Assembly: GCF_006345805.1 (NCBI RefSeq)
Contig: NC_043014.1
Span: 54,002,001 to 54,066,000 of the forward strand
Source of the DNA: Octopus sinensis
Taxonomy: Eukaryota
DNA: 64,000 bases
Direction: 5' to 3'
A program made the translations under genes and the position numbers. Below are positions 38,671-53,241 of the stretch, piece after piece; the first letter of the stretch is position 1; every line of letters starts with the position of its first letter. The notes beneath the pieces are model-generated. The model saw nothing but the letters and a program-made list of their open reading frames with translations, was not told the origin of the DNA and did no database searches.

Positions 38671-38811
38671 AAGGTGGACCCTCAAGGAAACCCAACAGTT
38701 TCTGCTCACCCAGCCAGATTTTCACCTGATGATGTTTATTCAAGACACAGAGTGACCATCAAGAAAAGATTTAATATTTTATTAACGCAGCAACCTAAGA
38801 TTTCATATTGA
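38671..38811 (+). CDS. NOP10: H/ACA ribonucleoprotein complex subunit 3, coding exon 2
   Basis: Acceptor TTTTTCCAG|, phase 0. Encodes [46 protein letters not shown], containing the [11 protein letters not shown] signature. The spliced product is 64 aa. Confidence 0.97.
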   Translation, partial: KVDPQGNPTVSAHPARFSPDDVYSRHRVTIKKRFNILLTQQPKISY

Positions 38812-39957
38812 ACAACAATGCTTTTCTGATTCAAGGCCATCTGTTGCCTCTTCTGCTGCAGTGGTGAACTGGAATGAACAAAGCGACCGCTTGCAGCCCC
38901 GACTAACGACCCCACTGACGTCACAGTCGTATGGTTTCTCTCCTGTATGTGGCTTTTTAAAGCCTTTCTAATCATAATCCATCATCATCATCATCCATAA
39001 TCATGGAAGAATTACACAGCTTCCACTAATATTATCCTATTTCTCAGATCCTTGGTTTCATTAAAATTGAGAAATGTTAACAGAATTTCACACAATGTTT
39101 CCTTCTGTATTTTTACAACTTCACAGAACCTTCTCCGTTTGTATTTACAGGGGACGTTAAGGGCCTTAGCATTTTCTAATGGATTTTGAGTCTGGGTGAG
39201 ATGCATAAATTTAGTCCCTTTAATTGTTCTGATACCAGAGCTGCCTGAAATTGCTTTTATGATACAAACTCCCTGTTTTAAAGGGACCTAAATTCAAATT
39301 TCAATTTATGTTCCAAACATCAGCTTAACCACATTTTGCTAAATTCTTCATTTTCAAAATTAATTTCAACAGAAATTTCTTAACAAAACAGGTTAATCGT
39401 GATTGAAGATTATCTTTGTTGTTTAACATCCGCTTTCTTACAGGATGAGCTAATCCCTAGAGTTCTCTCTCGTAAACTAGTTTCATTAATTCAATTGGAA
39501 GTGGCCATTCGATGTTATTTAGCATATCCAAAGTTGGTTTCTATTTGAGAGCTTTCTTGATGGAGACTGATTCCAGTTGGTTTTTCTCTTGGCCTGAAGC
39601 GATCGTACTGACAGTCATCCAGAGTCACCAAAATGGAAGGGCATGAAGCCTCGACCCGCGCGTGGAGCTCAGCGGCTGCTGCTTAAGGAAGAGAACACTA
39701 GAGATTAGCTCAGCTTGTGTTATATGCTGTGTAATCAGCAGAGATTATGAAAAACAGGGGGTCTTTGAAGTGGGGTCTGTAGTTTTATAGTGCAAAACTA
39801 TTTCTTTGGTTTCTATCATGTTTTGTATTTTGGTGGCATTGAAGAGTTTAGGAAATGATGGAGATTGAGACAAATTATGACAAAGTGAAGGAAACTTAAT
39901 ATTTAAAAAATCGTTTTTTCAGTTTTTCCCTGGAAATTCAAAAGCAATGTTTTTTAA

Positions 39958-40270
39958 ATCATCATCATCATCATCGTTTAACGTCCGCTTTCCATGCTGG
40001 CATGGGTTGGACGGTTCGACCAGGGTCTGGGAAGCCAGAAGGCTGCACCAGACCCAGTCTGATCTGGTAGAGTTTCTACAGTTGGATGCACTTCCTAATG
40101 CCAACCACTCCGTGAGTGTAGTGGATGTTTTTTACGTGCCAGACGAGGTTGGCAAACGGCCACGATCGGATGGTGCTTTTTACGTGCCACCGGCACAAAG
40201 ACCAGACGAAGCTGACAACGGCCACGATCGGATGGTGCTTTTTACGTGCCACCAGTACGGAAGCCAAATC
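39958..40270 (-). mobile_element. RTE-tailed repeat with an internal ~60-bp tandem duplication
   Basis: Begins (CAT)n CGTTTAACGTCCGC. ACGGCCACGATCGGATGGTGCTTTTTACGTGCCAC occurs twice. Confidence 0.8.
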
Positions 40271-40597
40271 GAACATACCCATCTGATATGAGTAATCCCA
40301 GACAAACCATCTTCAACCGCCAGTACTAACGAATTCAATAAGTACAAATGAGGCTTTGCATTCCTCCCACTACAACCCACGTGAGTTATGGAGTAACACA
40401 TTCCTACAGAGAGAACTGCAGTTTAATATCAGGGAGAGAGAATTATATTATCAATAATAAAAGGGTATAATTAATTAATTGTTAATTAATTTTAACAAGT
40501 AGTGTTCAGTATGTAAGAAGACCATTTATGGTATATTTAAAACATTACGTTATATAATTAGGGTTCAGTAAAATATTTTACTTTACTACACACCGAA

Positions 40598-40684
40598 CTT
40601 TTGGAAATAGCAGCCAAAAAATCTTAGCTATTTCTTCTAATATAAGAAACAGCTAAGATTATTTGGCTGCTATTTCTAGAAAAG
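40598..40684. other. 87-nt near-perfect hairpin
   Basis: AATAGCAGCCAAA/TTTGGCTGCTATT, AATCTTAGCT/AGCTAAGATT and TTTCTT/AAGAAA stems stack around a 7-nt loop. Confidence 0.8.
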
Positions 40685-40944
40685 ACAAACAAATTTCCAC
40701 ACAGGAAATTGCTTCAACCGTGTTTTCTGACGTGAATTTGCTACCCAGGTATTGATATGTATATATATATATATATATACATGTATATATATATATATAC
40801 ATGTATATATGTATATACATGTACATATATATATATATATACATGTATATATATATATATACATGTATATATATATATATATATACATGTATATATATAT
40901 ACATGTATATATATATACATGTATATATATATACATGTATATAT

Positions 40945-40986
<42 letters not shown>

Positions 40987-41089
40987 ATATATATACATGT
41001 ATATATATACTTATATATGTATATACATATATATATATATATATATATACATGTATATATATATACATGTATATATATACTTATATATG

Positions 41090-41128
<39 letters not shown>

Positions 41129-41153
41129 ATATATACATGTATATATATATGTA

Positions 41154-41200
<47 letters not shown>

Positions 41201-42171
41201 ATATATATATATGTATATGTATATATATATGTATATATGTATATATATATATATATATGTATGTATATATATATATATGTATATATATGTATATATATAT
41301 ATATGTATGTATGTATGTATATGTATATATATGTATGTATATATATATATATGTATGTATATATATATATGTATGTATATATATATATATGTATGGGTAT
41401 ATATATATATGTATGTGTATATATATGTATGTGTATATATATGTATGTGTATGTATATATATATATGTATGTGTATGTATATATATATGTATGTGTATAT
41501 ATATATATGTATGTGTATGTATATATGTGTATGTATATATATGTATGTATATATATATGTGTGTATGTATATATGTGTATGTATATATATGTATGTATAT
41601 ATATATATATATATATATGTGTATGTATGTATATATATATGTGTATGTATATGTATATATATGTGTATGTATATATATATGTATATGTATGTATATATAT
41701 ATATATGTATGTATATATATATATGTGTATGTATATATATATATGTATGTATATGTGTATGTATGTATATATATATATGTATGTATATATATATGTATAT
41801 GTATGTATGTATATATGTGTATGTATGTATATATATATGTATATGTATGTATGTATGTATATATGTGTATGTATGTATGTATATATATATGTATATGTAT
41901 GTATGTATATATATATGTATATACATGTATATGTATGTATATATATGTATATACATGTATATGTATGTATATAGGTGTATATATACATATATATATGTGT
42001 ATATATGCATATATATACATACGTATATATATACATGAATATATGTACATGTATAGATATATTCATGTGTATATACACACATGTATATATATATACATGT
42101 GTATATATTTATGTGTATATATATGTATATATTTATGTATATATTTATGTGTGTATATATATATATGTATG

Positions 42172-42206
<35 letters not shown>

Positions 42207-42354
42207 GTACATATATTTATACATATATATATGTATGTATATATATCTATATGTATTTATATATATATGTATGTATATACATGTATATATATATACATGT
42301 ATATATGTACGTACGTGTATATACACACGTATATATATACATGTGTATGTATAC

Positions 42355-42386
<32 letters not shown>

Positions 42387-42589
42387 GCGTATATATATAT
42401 ACAGAGGTGTATGTATACACATGTATATATACAATATATACGTGTATATATATATGTGAATATATATACATGTATATATATACGTGTATATATATATATA
42501 TGAATACATATACATGTATATATATACGTGTATATATATATATGATATATATATATATATATATATATATACATGAATATATATACATG

Positions 42590-42621
<32 letters not shown>

Positions 42622-43359
42622 CATGTATATATATATATGCATGTATATATATATATACACATGTATATATATATACATAGATATATATTCATGTATATAT
42701 ATACATATATTCATACATACTTGTGTATATAGACACGTGTATATATATATCTGTTTATATATATACATGTATATATATATATACGTGTGTGTATGTACAT
42801 GTGTGTGTATATATATACACACACGTATATGTATATATGCATGTGTGTATACATACACGTGTATATACACATATATACATGTATATATATATACATAAAT
42901 GTGTATATACAAGTGTGTGTATATATACATGTATGTATATGTATATATATACACGTATATATACACATGTATATGTATACATGTATGTATATATACACAT
43001 GTATATATATTCATGTATATATATACACATGTACATATATACACATGTATATATATATACGTGTGTATATATATACACTTGTATATATATATATATATGT
43101 ATGTATATATATACATATATATATATACGTGTATATATGTATATATATATATATGTGTATACATGTATATATATTCACATGTATATATATTCATGTATAT
43201 ATATTCATGTATATACATTCATGTATATATACACATGTATATATATACATGTATATATACACATATGTATATATACATGTATATATACACATGTATGTAT
43301 ATATACATGTATATATATGTGTACATATATACATGTGTATATATATACACGTATATATA

Positions 43360-43535
43360 TTTCTCTCCTTCTTTCTGTGTTTTTTTTCTCTCTGTGTATC
43401 TTTCTGTTGAAGAGCATAGGCTCGAAACGTTAAAGACTTGTTTTATTTATATTTCCTGAGCGCCATACTAATACAATTGTTTGTTTGTTTTCCACCTGCC
43501 TTCGTCTTTTGTCTATTTTCATGAAGCTTCCTGTT
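43360..43535 (+). mobile_element. Penelope-like terminal fragment with hammerhead-like motif (43399-43436)
   Basis: Reads TCTTT-CTG(TTG)AAGA-GCATAGGCTC-GAAA-CGT-T-AAAGA: a 5-bp stem I, palindromic stem III and a core with a 3-nt insertion. Family assignment is by resemblance only. Confidence 0.45.
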
Positions 43536-43844
43536 ATGTATATATACATGTATTTGTGTATGTGTATATATATGTATACATGTATGTGTATATGCATGTA
43601 TGTATACATATATGTGTATATACATGTATAGATATATTCATGTGTATATACACACATGTATATATATACACGTGTATATATATTCATGTGTATATATATA
43701 CACGTATATTTATGTGTACATATATATGTGTATATATATGTATATATATATATACATGTATGTATATATATATATATACATGTATATATATATATATATA
43801 CATGTATATATATATATATATACATGTATATATATATATACATG

Positions 43845-43875
<31 letters not shown>

Positions 43876-44397
43876 ATATATACATGTATGTATATATACA
43901 TATATATATGTATATGCACTTATATGCATGTATATACATACATGCCTATATACATACATGTATACATATATATACTCATACATAAATACATGTATATATA
44001 TACGTGTATATATACATGTGTATATATATATTTATACGTGTATATATATACACATGTATATATATACACACGTATATATATATACATATGTATATATATA
44101 TATACACATGTATATACATACATGTGTATATATACGTGTATATATACATGAATATATATACATGTATATATACATGTATACATATATATATATACACATG
44201 TATATATATACATGTGTGTATATACACATCAATATATCTATACATGTACATATATTCATGTATATATATACATGTATATATACATACATGTGTATATATA
44301 CGTGTATATATACATGAATATATATACATGTATATATACATGTATATATATATATATATATACATGTATATATATATATACATATATATATATACAC

Positions 44398-44430
<33 letters not shown>

Positions 44431-45169
44431 TATATATATATACATATATATACACATGAATATATATACACATGTATATATATACATGTGTGTATATACA
44501 CATCAATATATCTATACATGTACATATATTCATGTATATATATATGTATATATATATATATACATGTATATATGTATGTATATATATATATACATGTATA
44601 TGTATGTATATAAATATATACATGTATATGTATGTATATATATATATACATGTATATGTATGTATATATATATATACATGTATATGTATGTATATATATA
44701 TATATACATGTATATGTATGTATATATATATATATACATGTATATGTATGTATATATATATATACATGTATATGTATGTATATATATATATACATGTATA
44801 TGTATGTATATATATATATACATGTATATGTATGTATATATATATATACATGTATATGTATGTATATGTATATGTATGTATATATATACATGTATATGTA
44901 TGTATATATATATGTATGTATATACATGTATATATATACATACGTGTATATATAAACACGTGTATATATACATGTATATATATTCATGTATATATATATA
45001 TATATATACATGTATATATATGTGTATGTATATATATGTATATACATACATGTATGTACATACATATATATATATATACGTATGTGTATATATATACACG
45101 GGTGTATGTATACACACGCATATATATATACGTGTATATATATGTATATATACACATGTATATATATGT

Positions 45170-48100
45170 ATATATACACATGTATATATATATACATGGA
45201 TATATATTCATGTATATATATACATACATATATACATGTGTATGTTGACACATGTGTATATACACACGTGTATATATATACATGTTTATATGTATACATA
45301 TGTACGTATATAAATACATCTATATATATATATACGTGTGTGTATATATATACACACACACACGTATATGTATATATACATACGTGTGTATACATACACG
45401 TGTATATACACACATATATATACATGTGTATATACACGTATGTATATATACATATACGTATATATACACGTATATATACATGTATATATACACATGTATA
45501 TATATACGTGTATATACAAGTGTGTATATATACGTGTATATATATACATATAAATATACATGTATATATATATATGCGTGTATATATATATATACATGTA
45601 TATACATTCATGTGTATATATATACATATATATATACGTACATGTATATATATATACATGTATACATATATACATGTATATATATATACATGTATACATA
45701 TATACATGTATATATATATACATGTATATATATATTCATGTATATATATACATATACACATGCATAAATACGTGTATATACATACGTGTATATACACGTA
45801 TGTATATATATATATGTACGTATAAATATATGTATATATATACATATGTATGTATATACGTTCGTATATATATATACATCATCATCATCATCATCGTCGT
45901 TTAACGTCCGTTCTCCATGCTAGCATGGGTTGGACGGTTCGACCAGGGTTCTGGGAAGCCAGAAGGCTGCACCAGGCTCCAGTCTTATCTGGCAGTGTTT
46001 CTACAGCTGGATGCCCTTCCTAACGCCAACCACTCCGTGAGTGTAGTGGGTGCTTTTTACGTGCCACCTAGTCAAAAACGAAAAAGACCCTAAAACAAAA
46101 ACTGACAATTTTCAAAGAACAGAACGACATAAAAATTCTAAACCCAGCAAACGTAAGAAACAGGGTCAAAAAAGTAATACAGACAAATATAAGTATCTTG
46201 AAGAAAATAACAGTCGTATGTATTGCAAGGAGGGTGAGAGTAGTTCAAATGGCCGAAAATTAACCTTAAGGCTGAGAGTGAAAGACTCTTCAGCAAAAGA
46301 TTGATATCGATTTTTATGAAAATATTTGTAAAAAATCTTTTATATATAAATATTGTGAATAGTATGTGCATATGTGTGTTTTCACTCGCATGCATGCTTA
46401 CACACACATACACGTGTGCAGGTCTATGTCCAAATATATTCCTGCAAATTCAAATATTAACTTAATGTACATGTATATATGTATACATATATATATACAT
46501 ACGTATATATATACATGTATACATATATACATGTATATATACATACATGTATATATATACGTGTATATATACATATGTGTATATATATATATACCTGTAT
46601 ATATATACACATGTATATATGTACACGTATATATATATATACATACATGTATATATACATGTATATATATAGATGTATATGTATATATATATATATATAC
46701 ATGTATATGTATGTATATATATGTATATACATGTATATATATACATACGTGTATATACACACACATGTGTATATACTCACACGTGTATATATATATACAT
46801 GTTTATATATATACATATGTACGTATATATATACATACGTGTACATATATATACATTTGTTTATATATATGTATATATATTCATGTATATATATACGTGT
46901 GTGTATATACACGTGTATATATATACACACACACACGTATATGTATATATACATACACGTGTATATATACATGTATATATATACACATGTATGTATATAC
47001 GTGTGTATATATATACACGTATATATACACTTGTATATGTATACATGTGTATATAAATTCACGTATGTATATATACATGTATATATGTATACATGTATAT
47101 ATACATGTGTATATATATACATGAATATATACATGTATATACAAGTGTGTATATATATACAAATATTCATGTATATATATATACACACGTATATACATAC
47201 ATGTGTATATATACATATATGTATATACGTGTGTATATATATACATGTATATTTGTGTATATATATACACACTTGTATATACACGTATATATATACGTGT
47301 ATATATTCATGTATATATATACACATGTATATATACATGTATACATATATACATGTATATATATATACACATGTATATATACATATGTATATACATATGT
47401 ATATATATATATAGATGTATATATATACATGTGTATATATATATATACATGTATATATATATATACACATATATATATACACATGTATATATATATACAT
47501 GGATATATATTCATGTATATATATACATACATATATACATGTGTATGTTGACACATGTGTATATACACACGTGTATATATATACATGTTTATATGTATAC
47601 ATATGTACGTATATAAATACATCTATATATATATATACGTGTGTGTATATATATACACACACACACGTATATGTATATATACATACGTGTGTATACATAC
47701 ACGTGTATATACACACATATATATACATGTGTATATACACGTATGTATATATACATATACGTATATATACACGTATATATACATGTATATATACACATGT
47801 ATATATATACGTGTATATACAAGTGTGTATATATACGTGTATATATATACATATAAATATACATGTATATATATATATGCGTGTATATATATATATACAT
47901 GTATATACATTCATGTGTATATATATACATATATATATACGTACATGTATATATATATACATGTATACATATATACATGTATATATATATACATGTATAC
48001 ATATATACATGTATATATATATACATGTATATATATATTCATGTATATATATACATATACACATGCATAAATACGTGTATATACATACGTGTATATACAC

Positions 48101-49745
48101 GTATGTATATATATATATATGTACGTATAAATATATGTATATATATACATATGTATGTATATACGTTCGTATATATATATACATCATCATCATCATCATC
48201 GTCGTTTAACGTCCGTTCTCCATGCTAGCATGGGTTGGACGGTTCGACCAGGGTTCTGGGAAGCCAGAAGGCTGCACCAGGCTCCAGTCTTATCTGGCAG
48301 TGTTTCTACAGCTGGATGCCCTTCCTAACGCCAACCACTCCGTGAGTGTAGTGGGTGCTTTTTACGTGCCACCTAGTCAAAAACGAAAAAGACCCTAAAA
48401 CAAAAACTGACAATTTTCAAAGAACAGAACGACATAAAAAATCTAAACCCAGCAAACGTAAGAAACAGGGTCAAAAAAGTAATACAGACAAATATAAGTA
48501 TCTTGAAGAAAATAACAGTCGTATGTATTGCAAGGAGGGTGAGAGTAGTTCAAATGGCCGAAAATTAACCTTAAGGCTGAGAGTGAAAGACTCTTCAGCA
48601 AAAGATTGATATCGATTTTTATGAAAATATTTGTAAAAAATCTTTTATATATAAATATTGTGAATAGTATGTGCATATGTGTGTTTTCACTCGCATGCAT
48701 GCTTACACACACATACACGTGTGCAGGTCTATGTCCAAATATATTCCTGCAAATTCAAATATTAACTTAATGTACATGTATATATGTATACATATATATA
48801 TACATACGTATATATATACATGTATACATATATACATGTATATATACATACATGTATATATATACGTGTATATATACATATGTGTATATATATATATATA
48901 CCTGTATATATATACACATGTATATATGTACACGTATATATATACACACGTATATATATATATACATACATGTATATATACATGTATATATATAGATGTA
49001 TATGTATATATATATATATATACATGTATATGTATGTATATATATGTATATACATGTATATATATACATACGTGTATATACACACACATGTGTATATACT
49101 CACACGTGTATATATATATATACATGTTTATATATATACATATGTACGTATATATATACATACGTGTACATATATATACATTTGTTTATATATATGTATA
49201 TATATTCATGTATATATATACGTGTGTGTATATACACGTGTATATATATACACACACACACGTATATGTATATATACATACACGTGTATATATACATGTA
49301 TATATATACACATGTATGTATATACGTGTGTATATATATACACGTATATATACACTTGTATATGTATACATGTGTATATAAATTCACGTATGTATATATA
49401 CATGTATATATGTATACATGTATATATACATGTGTATATATATACATGAATATATACATGTATATACAAGTGTGTATATATATACAAATATTCATGTATA
49501 TATATATACACACGTATATACATACATGTGTATATATACATATATGTATATACGTGTGTATATATATACATGTATATTTGTGTATATATATACACACTTG
49601 TATATACACGTATATATATACGTGTATATATTCATGTATATATATACACATGTATATATACATGTATACATATATACATGTATATATACATATGTATATA
49701 CATATGTATATATATATAGATGTATATATATACATGTATATATAT
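45170..49745 (+). repeat. Direct tandem duplication of a ~2.3-kb unit
   Basis: Unique markers recur at +2303 to +2305: 45198/47501, 45901/48206, ORFs 46050/48355 and 47412/49717. Confidence 0.92.
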
Positions 49746-50380
49746 ACATGTATATATATATATACACATATATATATATACACGTATATATATATACATG
49801 TATATATATATAACACATATATATATACACATGTATATATATATATACACATGTATATATATATATACACATGTATGTATATATATATATACACATGTAT
49901 ATATATATATACACATGTATATATATATATACACATGTATATATATATATACACACATGTATATATATATATACACACGTATATACATACATGTGTATAT
50001 ACATGTATATATACACACGTATATACATACATGTGTATATATATGTATATATACACACGTATATACATACATGTGTATATATATGTATATATACACACGT
50101 ATATACATACATGTGTATATATATGTATATATACATGTATATATATATACGTATATACATACATGTGTATATATATGTATATATACATGTATATATATAC
50201 ATGTATATATACATGTATATATACATGTATATATACGTATAAGTGTATATATATATACGTATATATATATACATGTATATATATATACATGTGTATATAT
50301 ATATACGTGTATTTATACCCATGTATATATACATACGTGTATATATACACATACGTATATATATGTATATATACGTATAA

Positions 50381-50650
50381 GTGCAGGAGTAGCTGTGTGT
50401 TAAGTAGCTTGCTTACCAACCACATGTTTCTGGGTTCAGTCCCACTGTGTTGCACTCTGGGCAAGTGCCTTCTACCATAGCCTCCAGCTGACCAAAGGCT
50501 TGAGTGGATTTGGTAGACAGAAACTGAAAGGAGCGCGTGATTATGTATGTATATGTTTCTGTGTTGGTGTGTGTGTCTCCCCCCCCCACATCTCTTGACA
50601 ACCGATGATGGTGTGTTTACGTCCCCGTAACTTTCAGTTAGGCAATAGAG
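50381..50650 (+). mobile_element. tRNA-derived SINE (second family)
   Basis: Reads GCAGGAGTAGCTGTGTGTTAAGTAGCTTGCTTACCAACCACATG...GGGTTCAGTCCCACTG...GGATTTGGTAGACAGAAACTGAAAG. Confidence 0.8.
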
Positions 50651-51401
50651 ACTGAAAGTTATTGATATTATAAGTTTTGAAAAAAAAAACACATTACTTT
50701 TGAATTACCTGAAGTACAGAAATTAATTTGAAAAATTAACGTTTTGCATAAATTTACAAGTTTATTTAGAAAATTGATCAGAGTTGAATGCTAATTAACA
50801 TAGCAAATCCTGGTGAGTTTCCCAGAATAGTTCATCTTTGGCACAAAGTTGTTTTTTTATTGTTTGAATCACAGAAAGGTAACAGTTTACCGAAATATAA
50901 AGAATATTACAAAAAAATAAGAAAATGCAAATTGACGAGAATTGGTTTCAAAAAAGAAGGAAAAAAACCTGTGAATGAAGTGTAAAAGTTTTTCTTTTTT
51001 TACTTTTGATTTTTGTGCCTTTTGATCCGAGACCGTTTCTTTGGGATATAAAACCGCCACATCTACATACAGCCTTCCATAAATGTGACCCCTCTAAGTG
51101 TTAATTTGAAACCCCCATTTAAGCGTTCCAACTGATGCCCAATTCCCATCACAGGAATATTTCAGTCGGTCAACTCTAACATAACGAACCCAAGAGCTAA
51201 GGTTAGAGGATATTCTTTCTTAAATAATCTCAAATCTTGATAAATTTTGAAAACTGAAATGTTAATCGCCTCTGTTAATTGTGGAAATAATTAACTCTTG
51301 AATTTGTGACTTCTTTTCCAGACAAAAGCATTAACGTGAGTACTTTGCAAATGAAACGCCTGAGATTCTTGATAATGGGGCAGTTTTCTTCACAATACTG
51401 T

Positions 51402-51412
51402 TTAGTTCAAGT
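51402..51412 (-). CDS. ANKS6: ANKS6 terminal coding exon ((G)AC TTG AAC TAA = DLN*)
   Basis: Strong acceptor TTTTTTTTTCTCTCTTTTAG| at 51413-51414; phase 1 matches the preceding exon. The exon is too short to confirm by similarity. Confidence 0.55.
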
Positions 51413-52310
51413 CTAAAAGAGAGAAAAAAAAACATCTTTAGATTTCGAGACATTTAGAGAGAGTGAAAGTTATTCTGATTCACTCTGGGCCAAAAAACCT
51501 TGAAACAGCAGCAATAACTGATTGATAACATTTAACAAAAAGAAAAACAGTTTGGAACCCACCAACTTTGCAATCATGGGATTATAATAAGCAACTTCCA
51601 TTGTGTGTGTGTGTGTGTGTGCTAGTTTCCCCATTTATAATTTTATAACTTTTTCCTGTTACTATTTGTTGTTTTACAAATGGATTTTTAAAAATTTATT
51701 CCATGTCTTGTAAAGTGCAGAGTTACAAGTCAGACATCAACATTTGAGGCTCAATGCTTTTCTTATGAAGACGTGGATTGTGAAAACATACACAGCTGGA
51801 GTTACTAGAAGTAACAGCAGCCAGTTCTTACTCAAATCACAGATTACCATCTTTAGAAAAAAATTTTTTAAAAGCACAGCGTAGATGTTGATGCATAATA
51901 AGGCAGGGGGAAGGGATTATTGTCTTTTTAACATTTGCTTTCCATGCTGGCACGGGTTGGACGGTTTGGCTGAAAGCTGCACCAGGTTCCAATCTGACTT
52001 GGCATGGTTTCTATGGCTAGCAGATGTCCTTTCTAATGCCAACCACTCCAAGAGTCATAGTGGGTGCCAGTCAGGCAGCACTGGCATCAACCATGACTAC
52101 GATTTCACTTGGTTTGAAAGTAACCGAGACCTTCAGCAAAGTGCCAAAGGTCTCGGTCACTGCCTCTCTATTAAGTTTAGGGAAAACACAAAAAAAAAAT
52201 AGGCAGGGTTGGTCATTTTGGATCACTGATGGGGTGAGCTGGGGCTGGAGGTTAACGAAATAATAAAGCAAATCATTGAAAATTGGTGAAAATATAAACG
52301 AGTTTCTTAC

Positions 52311-52377
52311 CTTCAGTTAAGCTTTGAGCTTTTTGAAACAATGTCAAAGTCTCCCGGAATTGTTGTCTTTCACGACC
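52311..52377 (-). CDS. ANKS6: ANKS6 exon after the SAM domain (GRERQQFRETLTLFQKAQSLTE)
   Basis: AG/GT boundaries, phase 0 to 1. GRERQ follows the SAM domain in ANKS6 proteins. Confidence 0.9.
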
Positions 52378-52461
52378 CTGCAATTATATAAAAGGATGCT
52401 TTTAACTCCATGCCCTCATGGTAATCTGCCATTGTCGTTAGAATTAAGGTGAGTTAATTAA

Positions 52462-52670
52462 GTCGTTAGCATTCAGACAAGTGTATTGTTCATTTATTCA
52501 CATTGTTTAAATAATTGGGTCTTATCTGGGAGGTTTCTGGTTTTGATGATGTGATTCTATACTTTGAGAATGACATTGTAGGATAGGTATGAGGGACCAG
52601 ATCCGACCTACTTGAATATAAAACGGGGGATATTTGAGCCACACCGGGCCCTTTTTTGAATGCTAAAGGG
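52462..52670. mobile_element. piggyBac-type MITE with TTAA flanks
   Basis: TTAA|GTCGTTAGCATTCA ... TGAATGCTAAAGGG|TTAA (left TIR decayed). A related internal fragment lies near 56100-56240. Confidence 0.6.
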
Positions 52671-53124
52671 TTAAAAGAAGGAATGTCTCAGATTATTCAT
52701 TCAGTCTCTAAATAATTCTAGTTTTCTACATCAATTAACATACATATTAATTAAATTTGTGTCTACTAATTGATGTGCCTTTAATGATTCACTAATCAAG
52801 ACTTCAACAAATACAACAAAATGTATTCTCAGTTGATGAGGTCATAAACAGATATCAAGATGGAACTATGTTCAGAGTTGTCTCCCATGCTTGCTAAAAC
52901 AATTCATAGAACAACGACTAATATTGTCTTTTCCTCACCACATAATTATTTCTAGTTAGTTTTTTAATGCCCTGTCATTAAATATGTCAACACTAAGTTT
53001 TGTTTTCAAAATTGTCTGAGAGTGAAGGCATTAAGAGGAGTTTACGGACATTGTTAATTAGAAGTCATTAATTAATATTTCAGGGAATATAATGATGATG
53101 ATGAAAACATTGAAATGGAATTAC

Positions 53125-53241
53125 TTTTCCTGTTTCCAGTTCTGTGATTGCTGCTAGAATCTGTCTTCGAGATTCGTTGTGTGAGATTCCAAGCTCTTTC
53201 AGGTCTCGGTCGGTGAGCGTCAGAAATGCTTCCATGTCAAC
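53125..53241 (-). CDS. ANKS6: ANKS6 SAM-domain exon 2 ([39 protein letters not shown])
   Basis: AG/GT boundaries, 39 codons. Highly similar to the ANKS6 SAM domain ([18 protein letters not shown]....R.QILAAI.EL). Confidence 0.96.

Larger units (their letters stand above)
40755..50380. repeat. ~9.6-kb compound (TA)/(CA)/(TG) microsatellite field with embedded unique inserts
   Basis: Directly visible. Interrupted at 43360-43535, 45876-46460 and 48181-48765. Confidence 0.97.

Noticed and set aside
40659-50692. Dozens of long Y/I/H/T/C/V/M-rich ORFs up to 580 aa
   Set aside because: TA/CA/TG alternation rarely creates stop codons. All six frames are open, so these are microsatellite artefacts.
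51150-51200. Alternative ANKS6 last exon (ALGFVMLELTD*)
   Set aside because: The acceptor is much weaker than the one at 51413 and the segment lies within the likely 3' UTR.
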